Below, one piece after another: positions 23,901 through 33,771 of a stretch of 64,000 nucleotides of DNA. Position 1 is the stretch's first letter, and each line of letters begins with the position of its first letter. The notes under the pieces are model-generated. The model worked only from the letters and a program-made list of their open reading frames with translations, was not told where the DNA came from and searched no databases. Source of the DNA: Azolla caroliniana (Eukaryota; Plantae; Polypodiophyta); assembly GCA_043228905.1 (NCBI GenBank), contig JBHGNT010000008.1, forward strand, positions 11,284,001 to 11,348,000. Direction: 5' to 3'. The position numbers were made by a program, and so were the translations under genes.

Positions 23901-26406
23901 AAAGAATGGGAAAATTCGCGTATGTGTGGATTACAGAAAATTGAATGCAGCGACAATTACGGATGCGTTTCCGTTGCCATTCACAGATGGGATATTAGAT
24001 GCAGTAGCTGGACATGAAATTTATAGTTTCTTGGATGGATTCAGTGGGTACAACCAAGTACGGATGAATCCGGAAGATCAGGAAAAGACAACTTTTGTCA
24101 CAGAATGGGGTGTCTTTGTGGCAGTAGTAATGATGTTCGGTTTAAAAACAGCTCCAGCTACATTTCAGCGGGTAATACAGGAAATATTCGGGGAATATAT
24201 TCCAGCTTTCATGCAGGTGTTTTTAGATGATTTTGCGGTATATAGTCGGAAAGCTGATCATTTTGAGCATTTACGGCTATGTTTAGAAAAATGTCGAAAA
24301 GGGCGTCTTAGTTTAAATCCAGCCAAATGCGCATTCGGAGTAATGAGTGGTACGTTACTTGGGCATATTGTTAGTCAAGAAGGGATTGCAGTGGACCCGG
24401 ACAAAGTTAAAGCAATTATTGAGGCAACACCACCGACAAATGCTAAAGCTCTAAGTAGATTTTTGGGTCAAATTCGGTGGCACAGTAGAATGATTAGATA
24501 TCTAGCAGACATTGCTATTCCGTTACACACAGCAGTACACAAAGTTCCTTTTATATGGACAAGTATAGAACAAGATGCATACGAATGTCTCAAGAAGATG
24601 CTGACAAAGGTTCCGGTAGTCCAACCACCGGACTAGAACAAACCATTTCATGTTTTCGTCGATGCGTCGGACATTGCCATAGGTAGTGCTTTAATGCAAT
24701 TATCCGAACCAAACTGGTATAGGCCGGTATACTATGCTAGTAGGAAACTTTCGTCGGCCGAAAGAAACTATTCAACAACCGAAAGAGAAGCTTTGGGAAT
24801 GATATATAGTGTGAACAAATTTCGACATTACCTTTTGGGTAAGAAATTTACATTTCATGTGGATCATTCGGCTCTACTGTATCTAGTTTCCAAACAAGAA
24901 TTGACAGGCAAGTTAGCCAGATGGACATTATTGCTTCAAGAGTTTGAATTCGACATTATACATCGACCAGGAGCACAGCACGCAATTGCTGACTATCTCA
25001 GTCGGCTTGAATCTGGAGAAGAAGCGGTTGGTGTTAAAGATGATTTTCCAGATACTCAATTATTTCGGGTTGAGGCAGTAAAAGCACAAGAAATGAATGA
25101 GGAAAAAGAGGATGAATGGATTTCCGAAATGACGATATTTCTATCAACAGGAATTCCGGCTGAACACATGTCGACGGATGAAAGAAAAAGAATTGCAGTA
25201 CGAAGTCGAAATTTTTGTTTATTTAATGACATGTTGTATCATAAAGGAGCGGATGGAATATGGCGAAGGGCAGTACGGAAATTTGAAAAATTAGCCATAT
25301 TAACAGAGTCACATTGTGGAATTGCTGGCGGTCATTACGCAGGAGAAGCAACAGCCAGAAAAATATGGAATAGCGGGTTATGGTGGCCAACGGTGATGAA
25401 AGATGCTAACGAATACTACAAGAAATGCGATTTGTGTCAAAGAATGGGGCAACCGACCGAAAAGGATCGAATGCCTTTTCAACCAGTTTTACCTCTTGAG
25501 CCATTTCAGAAATGGGGCTTAGATTTTGTTGGCCCATTCAAACCAGCAACTGCAAGAACCGGTAATCGATATATCATAATTGCGACTGACTATTGCACAA
25601 AATGGGTTGAAGCAAAAGCTCTCAGAGACAATACAACAGCATCCACAGCAAAATTCCTGTATGAAAATATATGGTGTCGATTCAGTTGCCCAATAGAATT
25701 GGTAAGCGATCAAGGCACTCATTTTATTAACAAGTTAATTCACGAATTAACTAATTATTATGCCGTAGTTCATAAGAAAAGTGCGCCTTACTATCCCCAA
25801 GCTAATGGATTGGCAGAATCGACAAATAAAACAATTCAAACAATTTTAAAGAAGATAGTGAATGAAAATTGTACTGATTGGGATCAAAAGTAAAATAGTG
25901 CATTATGGGCATATCGTACTTCGTACAAAACATCCATTAAATCAACACCTTTCCGAATGGCATTCGGACTTGAAGCTATTATGCCGATCGAATTTCAAAT
26001 TCCGACACTTCGTATCCAAGCAACGAATAAGTTAAATGAAATAGAATCGGAGCAGATACGCAAAGAGGCTTTATTAGTATTAGAAGAAGAACGGATTCAA
26101 TCAATGTCAGCACTAGAACACAAGCAGAGACAAATCAAGGCATTCGTAAATCGACATCGAAGGAAATCGGAAGAGCAATTCGAAATTGGGAAACCGGTAT
26201 TGGTATTCCAGACGAAAATGGGACTTATGCCTGGGAAACTCCGGTATAGATGGACAGAACCAGTATGGATAATTAATAGTAAAAATGGTACGTATCAGCT
26301 GGGATCATTAACCGGAGAGGTTTTACCGAAATGGGTAAATGGATTCCGGCTTAAACCGTATTTGGGAGATATGCCGGTAAACCCGTTTTTTCAAACGGAA
26401 GAGTAA
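20914..26406 (+). pseudogene. Element E gag-pol polyprotein (single frame, in-frame stops at 24634 and 25891)
   Basis: Three CCHC knuckles, IDGGSG protease, FLDGFSGYNQ and FLDD RT, VDASD RNase H, HHCC and WGLDF integrase. Confidence 0.95.
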
Positions 26407-26802
26407 AAAAAAAAAAAACTAACTAACTCACTCAATAGTTCTTGTTAAATGCAGAAATAGAATCTTTCCATAACAATCTGAATCGACTATAAATAGCAAG
26501 AGGAATTGCATGATTATTAGTAAGTGGTACAACCACTACACGTAGAGTTAATACTAATTAATTCCTACATTAATAGCAATTACTATTCTTTAGTCATAAT
26601 GCATAAGTTAATATCTTTAAAGCATATTTCTGTATCTTCTGTGTCGCCAAAGCAACAGAAACGAGTGCAGATCTCGAAACATTCTGAGCCTTCGTGCCCT
26701 AGCTCGCCCAAACTCTGTTTTTCTGATTTTCATCGCTACAGAAGCTGTGCAGATCTCCAACCGTCATCGACAAGTGATTCAGAACAAGCAAACACAGAAG
26801 TC

Positions 26803-29265
26803 ATGCCGATTCCTGTGTCTGAAGAACTGCGACGGTGGCTTTATGAGAGAAACTTACAAGGTTTCATCAAAGTAGCAGAAGCGGAACCTCATCCGCAGAC
26901 AGAAGAATTGGTACAACAATTAGACATCACCAAGGTCACCACAAAGAAAATACGAAATGCATTACAGATGCCAAGAGGAGGCTTTGAGGCAGTTAAAAAA
27001 CCTTCATCAGAAGCACTCCAATCGTATTTCGGGGAATACTCACCCTCGGCAAAAGCATATCAGACTTATGGAGGTCGGGATGAGTTTTTCCATGAAGTGG
27101 CTAAATTTTTACTAGAGGTGGGATTTGTCAGTCCCCGTTTTTATTGTATGCCGAAAAAAAGGGTTGGGTTTATCATAGCCGCATACGAAAAAGAGGATTT
27201 CAACTGGTCACTATTGTCGGGGGAAGCTCTGAGAGAGCAGCTACAAGGGGTAAAAACAGGAAAACCAATGAAGCAAAATTTTGGTCGTTGGCTATCGGTA
27301 TTGTTTCCGATTCAAGAATCGGAAACTCCTGTTCAGTCAAGAAGACCACCGATAGTACAAGCACCTCGAAGACACCGACAGGTAGTACATGAAGAATGGA
27401 TAGAGGAAGAATCGGCACATGCCGATAATATACAAACAGATATGCCTCAGTCGGAACCACCAAGACCAGAGAATTCCGAAAACAGGCAACCAGCAGCCGA
27501 ACAAGAAACAGTTGACCATTTGATAAACAAGCAGCAGCCGACAGAAAATCGACAACAAGCAGAGAAGATGCGACAAAGGACAAGGGTTAAACAAAAGGCT
27601 AATCGGCAATTCCAACCAGAAAACAGTGATGGGTCAGCACCGAAAAGGCAACGCACAAAGGAAAATTCGAATACGCCTGTAGTAGCAGAAGTAATAAAAC
27701 CAGGGAATGAGAGCATTTCGACACAACCTCAACAAGGACAATCTTCAAAAGTAGCAATTCGGGAAGCACATGGGTGCTTGGATATTCCACCAGCAGCACA
27801 TGAATTAGCTGCCATTTTACAGTTCGGAACTTCATACGAACTGGTTGAATGGTTGGCTAAAAGATTGACAGAAGTATCAGAACGGCTGGCTCAAGAACAT
27901 AATGACCGAATAATGATACAGAAGGCCTTACGAGGAGTGTTGGAACCTCAAGAAAAAGCAGAGATAGAGAAAATCGGCCGGAAAAGAAATGCACAGAATA
28001 GAGGGGAGGCTATTGAAATGCCACCATTACATGAAGCACTGGTCGAAATTCATAGAGAATATGAAACGGCACGCAAAGCAGCCAGTGATATGGCTGAAAG
28101 ATACAAAAGTGTATCAGCATCGGCGGAGGTGCTGAAACATCAGTTTTGTAACATACAGGCAGAAAATAAAGAATTAAAAGAAAGTCTAAACAAATGGGAA
28201 ACACAGGCACGACCTATGGCGTCGGAGTCAGAATGGCAGCAGAAATTGGAGGACGCTGAGAAAGCACGTCAAGCAGAAACAACAAGGGCCAACAATGCTG
28301 TATTTCGAACTACAGAATTAGAAAAACAAATAGAAACCATTCAGAATGGCCAATACAAAGTTCTCGAAGAAAAAAATCAATTAATAAACGAATTACAGAA
28401 AAATCTAGAAGAAGCTAAGACGGCCAATCATACATATACCGAACAAATTGAGGAATTCGAAAGGTATATAGTGTCACAGGAAAGTCAATTGACAGAAAAA
28501 GAGCGCAGTCTTGAAGAAGTCAACAGAAGAATTACGGAACACCAGGAGGAATGGAGCAAAGAGAAATCGTCATTCGAACAACAACTGAACGAAATTCGGA
28601 AGATATCGGAACAAAGGCGGCTGGACATATATGTAGTCGAATCCAAACTAATGCGGGCTGAAAGTGAAAACCGAGCCACTATTACGGATTTACGGAAAGA
28701 GTTGCAAACCGCTCAATACGTCGCAAGCATCACTAAGGACAAAGTGCAGCACATAATAGGGAAACATCGAAACCTAGCAAAGAAAATGATCGATGAATCC
28801 CTTGCGCAAGGATGGAAGTTATGGACGGCACAAGCGGCGGAATTACAGTTATTGCGTGCCGACAAAAATAACCGTCAGGTCCAAGGTGCAGGTTTTTTTA
28901 AAATGGCACAAAAGGATATTGACAATATCCAAGAGGATATCATGAAAGATATGGACGAAATTGCGGCATTTTACAGAGAAGAAATTCAACGTATTACGCA
29001 AGAATTCGACAAAAATGATATAGGCACTTCCGTCCAGTTGGATAAAATCGAAGCCGAAAGAACCAGCAAGACTCCTGGTCTTCAAGCTCCCGGAAGAAGT
29101 AAACCAGAGCAGCCAACCGAATCACAACATTCAAAACCTGCTCTGAATGACGACTGTGACATAGATGAAGATGAAGAGGAAGATATAGATGGAATACATC
29201 CAAGGCCAGAAGAGCCTTCGATTTTTGATATTCTGAACGATTCGGATGAAGAGCTCCAGGAATAA
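26803..29265 (+). CDS. Element E extra ORF: conserved N-terminal domain, disordered linker, long coiled coil, conserved C-terminal domain
   Basis: Intact frame (open from 26524); start chosen by alignment with the D and F homologues. Confidence 0.88.
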   Translation: MPIPVSEELRRWLYERNLQGFIKVAEAEPHPQTEELVQQLDITKVTTKKIRNALQMPRGGFEAVKKPSSEALQSYFGEYSPSAKAYQTYGGRDEFFHEVAKFLLEVGFVSPRFYCMPKKRVGFIIAAYEKEDFNWSLLSGEALREQLQGVKTGKPMKQNFGRWLSVLFPIQESETPVQSRRPPIVQAPRRHRQVVHEEWIEEESAHADNIQTDMPQSEPPRPENSENRQPAAEQETVDHLINKQQPTENRQQAEKMRQRTRVKQKANRQFQPENSDGSAPKRQRTKENSNTPVVAEVIKPGNESISTQPQQGQSSKVAIREAHGCLDIPPAAHELAAILQFGTSYELVEWLAKRLTEVSERLAQEHNDRIMIQKALRGVLEPQEKAEIEKIGRKRNAQNRGEAIEMPPLHEALVEIHREYETARKAASDMAERYKSVSASAEVLKHQFCNIQAENKELKESLNKWETQARPMASESEWQQKLEDAEKARQAETTRANNAVFRTTELEKQIETIQNGQYKVLEEKNQLINELQKNLEEAKTANHTYTEQIEEFERYIVSQESQLTEKERSLEEVNRRITEHQEEWSKEKSSFEQQLNEIRKISEQRRLDIYVVESKLMRAESENRATITDLRKELQTAQYVASITKDKVQHIIGKHRNLAKKMIDESLAQGWKLWTAQAAELQLLRADKNNRQVQGAGFFKMAQKDIDNIQEDIMKDMDEIAAFYREEIQRITQEFDKNDIGTSVQLDKIEAERTSKTPGLQAPGRSKPEQPTESQHSKPALNDDCDIDEDEEEDIDGIHPRPEEPSIFDILNDSDEELQE

Positions 29266-29267
29266 GC

Positions 29268-29307
29268 GTGGGTTCGCTGGACAAGGTCCTGGCCCACGGA
29301 CGTGCCA
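29268..29307 (+). other. tRNA-3'-end-like structured motif in place of the PPT (element E)
   Basis: GTGGGTTCGCTGGACAAGGTCCTGGCCCACGGACGTGCCA then AG then the LTR TG. Confidence 0.8.
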
Positions 29308-29908
29308 AGTGTTACCCGGACCCGGACAGTCAGTTTTACCGAACAAGTGGGAAAGCGTCGAAAACGGAGTCGGTTCGGATCGACTGTTCGGATCAATGAC
29401 TCAGCAGTGAACAAAGAGAACTAAGTTAGTTAGAAAATTTTGTAATTCTTGATAGTAAGTAGGAATAGTTCTTGATGAGAAAAGACCTTCGGTATACCTA
29501 TAAAAGGGAACCGAAGGCAATGTAAGAAAGGTCGTTTATTTAGTAATATAAGTTTAAGTTAGGAATATCATGTACGGATTCTGTGTTCTTTCTATTGTCT
29601 ATGCTGTTAAGTGCAAGCTTCCTAATTTATAACTAAGTAACGATCACGGTAATTACCGATTAATATAGTATATTTCCATTCATAAAACACAATTCCTTGT
29701 TAGAACGTTGAGTAGCGATGTTCTCTCTTCTGTATCGGTAGTAGTTAGTAATTAGCCGATTAACACTTAACGGAATCAGTTGTCTCCGATTCGTTCCCGC
29801 TCTTGTCCGGGTTGGCTGTCTTGGCCTTCTTGACCTCCTTGGCTTTACCTCCCCCTTTTCCAGTTGGCTATGACTTCCCTTTGTGGTCGGTCCCCCTCTG
29901 TCTGACAA

Positions 29909-30692
29909 GTTTCCACTTGTCTGATCTATCTGCACATGTCCATCTATCCTCAGCTTCTGTTGAGTGGTAAGCTCAACTGGATCCGGATCGGCATTCAGAA
30001 GGATGAGCCAGATCGGTGAGCCGGTGAGCCGGTTAGCCGGATACATCAGTAACCGGAAGCCTAGTAGCAGCCTAGACTACTAGGTAGTTAATGTCTCATA
30101 GTTAGTTTCCACTTGTCTGATCTATCTGCACATGTCCATCTATCCTCAGCTTCTGTTGAGTGGTAAGCTCAACCGGATCCGGATCGGCATTCAGAAGGAT
30201 GAGCCGGATCGGTGAGCCGGTGAGCCGGTTAGCCGGATACATCAGTAACCGGAAGCCTAGTAGCAGCCTAGACTACTAGGTAGTTAATGTCTCATAGTTA
30301 GTTTCCACTTGTCTGATCTATCTGCACATGTCCATCTATCCTCAGCTTCTGTTGAGTGGTAAGCTCAACCGGATCCGGATCGGCATTCAGAAGGATGAGC
30401 CGGATCGGTGAGCGGGTGAGCCGGTTAGCCAGATACATCAGTAACCGGAAGCCTAGTAGCAACCTAGACTACTAGGTAGTTAATGTCTCATAGTTAGTTT
30501 CCACTTGTCTGATCTATCTGCACATGTCCATCTATCCTCAGCTTCTGTTGAGTGGTAAGCTCAACCGGATCCGGATCGGCATTCAGAAGGATGAGCCGGA
30601 TCGGTGAGCCGGTGAGCCGGTTAGCCGGATACATCAGTAACCGGAAGCCTAGTAGCAGCCTAGACTACTAGGTAGTTAATGTCTCATAGTTA
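29909..30692. repeat. 196-bp tandem array x4 (about 49 bp flank plus about 147 bp of the H 5' LTR start)
   Basis: GTTTCCACTTG at 29909, 30105, 30301 and 30497. Confidence 0.95.
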
Positions 30693-31013
30693 GTGTCAGA
30701 CGCTTGTGTGAGCATTGAAGTACACCGTACTGTCAGTCAGTATGGACTTGTATAAAAGTGTTCATTGAACACATACGATGTATAGATTGAGTATTATTTT
30801 TTAATTGAGTTTTTGTGTGCTCTCTCTCTCTCTCTGTCTCTCCCGTGTACTGTGTATATTCTAAGCTCTCCATTAAACCTGCATTTCTGTGTTCGGTTTT
30901 CTATTGCTTCCGCGCGCTATTCTTTTACATGGTATCAGAGCGCGAGGGTTGAGAACCTCTGTAGCCAACATAGCTTGAAAAGAAAACCAACCAAGAAGAA
31001 TAGGTAAAAACCA

Positions 31014-33025
31014 ATGGATAGAGGCATGGCTAGCTCACTTCCGACGAAGAAGCTCGATAGAAACAACTACGCATCTTGGTCCTACAAGATGCACCAGTAC
31101 CTTCTCGAGCATGATTACTGGACCTATGTCAATGGAGCAAATGACACAGTACCCGAATCGACACACAGATATTTCTCGGTGTGGGAACAGTCGGCGAGCA
31201 GAGTACTGTACTGCTTCGCATCTTGTGTGAGCGAACAACTCCTAAGCTACATTCGGGATGCGAAAATGCCAAAGGATGCGACTCCTTAGCCTCCGTCAAC
31301 GTGAACGTCGAGGAAGGCAAATGGTGCAGATTTGTCTCAGGGGGCTTGCGTCAAAGTTTGGAGCATTCCGAATTGCGGTATGTACAAGGGAGAATATGTC
31401 GTCATTTTTTGACTTACAGTCGATGCTCCTTGTGGAGGAGAACCACGACGGTGTGTCAACAAGTGCACCCACTGACAACTGGATGTTGTACACGGAGGCG
31501 GGTCGGCTCGTAATGGTAGTAGTTGGCAAGAGCAGGACCGAAGGCATAGAGAACGTGCCGACAGCAATTCCGGACCCTCCACAAGCAGGGGGTTCAAGGC
31601 GGTGCCGGAGGCCGACACAGAATGTTGGTACTGTGGTATAAAGGGCCACAGAGAAAGCGAGTGCTGGAAGAAGCATGTCGATTCGGACAGATCCGTATTC
31701 GGCAAGGCCGGTAGAGAGAACCGACACTACGCAGAAGGATCGGGAGGATCCAAAACTGGAAAAGCTAGTAAAGGGCCAGCCTTGGTGATGAAATACGAGG
31801 CTAACTCGATGAAGAAGACCACTTCCAAATCGGAGGAAGTGTGGTACGTTCATTTCAGTGTGTCGAATCACATGACGAGCCACAAAGAGTGGTTCTCTTT
31901 CTTGGAGGAACCGGAACAACCGGGAGTCGTCGAAACCGGAAACGACACTCCTCACCCAATCGTGCATGTCAGAGAAGTTCCTTTGAGCCACGTCGGACAG
32001 AGGGGGAAGTTGATGAATGTGTTACACATTCCGACCATCACGAAGAACCTAGTGTTAGTCGGTCAGATCGTTGACCAGGGGATGCAGGTGCGGTTTAAGC
32101 ACCTTATGTGCTTCATCGAGGAAGAGGGCTAAATCATTGCGCAAGGGCGCAAAGACGGGAGGATGTTTATCCTCGACATCAACTGACGTCGGCACCGCCT
32201 TGTTCGCCAAATGACAAAAGATTGAATCAGATATCAATCTCTGGCACAAGTGGATAGGCCACGTCAATTACCGGAGGCTTCAAGACTTGCAAACCAAACA
32301 AGTTGTTTACGGTTTGCCGAAGTTTAGTGCCGAAGTTTACGGTATGTGAAGCTTGCCAACTCGGGAAGCAACATCTGCTTCCATTCCCCACTGAACGAAA
32401 CCGGAGCCATAACAAGCTCAATCTAATCCATTTGGATGTATGGGGACCGACACAAAACGTGAGTCTTGGGGGGAGTCGATATTTTGTCTCCTTCATTGAG
32501 GACAACAGTCGGTACACATGGATCTACCTCATTGAGCGGAAGAGCAAAGTCTTTGAGTGTTTCTGGAACCTACAAAGACTGGTTGAACGGGAAACGGAGA
32601 GGAAGATCAAGTGCCTGCGGTCGGATGGCAGAAAAGAATATTTTCCGGCCAATTCAACAGTTATCTACAGCAGAACGGACTTCAGAGAGAATTCAGCTGC
32701 AAGTACACACCGTAGCAAAACGGTGTGGCCGAAAGGAAGAACCAGTCGATTGTCAATGCGTCAAGGGCAATGCTAGAGGAGAAGAGCATGCCCCATTTCT
32801 ACTGGGCGGAGGCGGTCCGGACGGCCGTCTACATCCAAAACTGGATCGGTGACAAGGTGTTAGCACATGAGCTGTATTTCAAGCGCAAGCCGAATTTGAG
32901 ACACCTTTGGATATTCGGTAGCATTGCATATGTGCATGTGCCAGATGAGAAGTGGAGGAAGCTGGATGCAAAGTCGGAGAAATGCATCCTGGTTGGTTAC
33001 TCGCATGAGCAAAAGGGGTACAAGT
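31014..33025 (+). pseudogene. Element H gag-protease-integrase (degenerate, gag deletion near 31280)
   Basis: KLDRNNYASWSYKM, CWYCGIKGHRESEC, HLDVWGP, AERKN, KGYK. Confidence 0.9.
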
Positions 33026-33771
33026 TGTAAATGATTACTTGCGGAAGCGTTAGAAAACAAAGGAAGTAGGGAATACAAGGAGTACACAGGAGAGACAACG
33101 AGAGCAGAGCGTAAGAGTTATATTCAAAATGATATAATCACTTTGTATTTACAACTGTGCTTAGTAGCACTATTTATACAAGTCCTCATGGGACTGACAG
33201 AAGTACAACGTACTTCAATGCTCACAGGAGCTTCTGACACTTACTATGGGACTATAATTGCCTAGTAGTCTAAACTAATACTAGGCTTCCGGTTACCGAT
33301 TGGATCTGGCTAACCAGCTCCCCAACTCACCGACTCTGTTGCTTGCCGGCTTACCGATCCGTCTCGCTTGCCAGCTCAGGCTTATTCAGCCGATCCGGCT
33401 CCAGTTGAGCTTGCCGCTCAACACTCCCCCTCAAGCTCAACTTGAGGTTGGATCCTTGTGTCAGTCTCTGTGGCAGTCGGTTCTTCCAACCGACTTTTTC
33501 TGGCGTCGCTTCGCCTTGCTCGCGCTCCTCGTCCGGTTCGGTTCTATTTGCCGCGACCCCTCTTGTTCTGTGCGTCTCGACCTTCTCGGGCGGTATGTCT
33601 GCTCAATAGGCCCCTCTCAGCTCCTTCGCTACTATGACTCCTGCGCTTATCAATCCGTCGGTTCCTCCGCGATGGCATCGACTTCCGCTGCATGTGTGTC
33701 TGCTTGGCCTTGAATTGATCCGGTTCTTCCGAATCTGTCTTTTGAACCGAATCGACTGTCTCCGATTCGTT

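Larger units (their letters stand above)
20399..29765 (+). mobile_element. Element E: full-length non-chromovirus Ty3/Gypsy with a large extra 3' ORF
   Basis: 456-bp near-identical LTRs (20399-20854, 29310-29765; TGTTA...TAACA), TSD CTTAA at 20394-20398 and 29766-29770. Confidence 0.97.

Noticed and set aside
24634-24636. Programmed stop-codon readthrough in E pol
   Set aside because: F has TGG (Trp) at this position, so it is a G>A mutation. The stops in F are likewise not shared with E.
26524-29265. Extra ORF as a retroviral env or a captured host myosin/SMC gene
   Set aside because: No evident signal peptide, transmembrane helix or ATPase motif; it sits at the same position in three elements.
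29268-29307. Bona fide tRNA gene
   Set aside because: Only a T-arm-like part and the acceptor 3' strand are present; no D or anticodon arm.
29909-30692. Regular repeat arrays (here, 6416-6685 and 12116-12592) as CRISPR arrays
   Set aside because: Units are wholly repeated with no unique spacers, there are no cas genes, and the context is eukaryotic LTR sequence.
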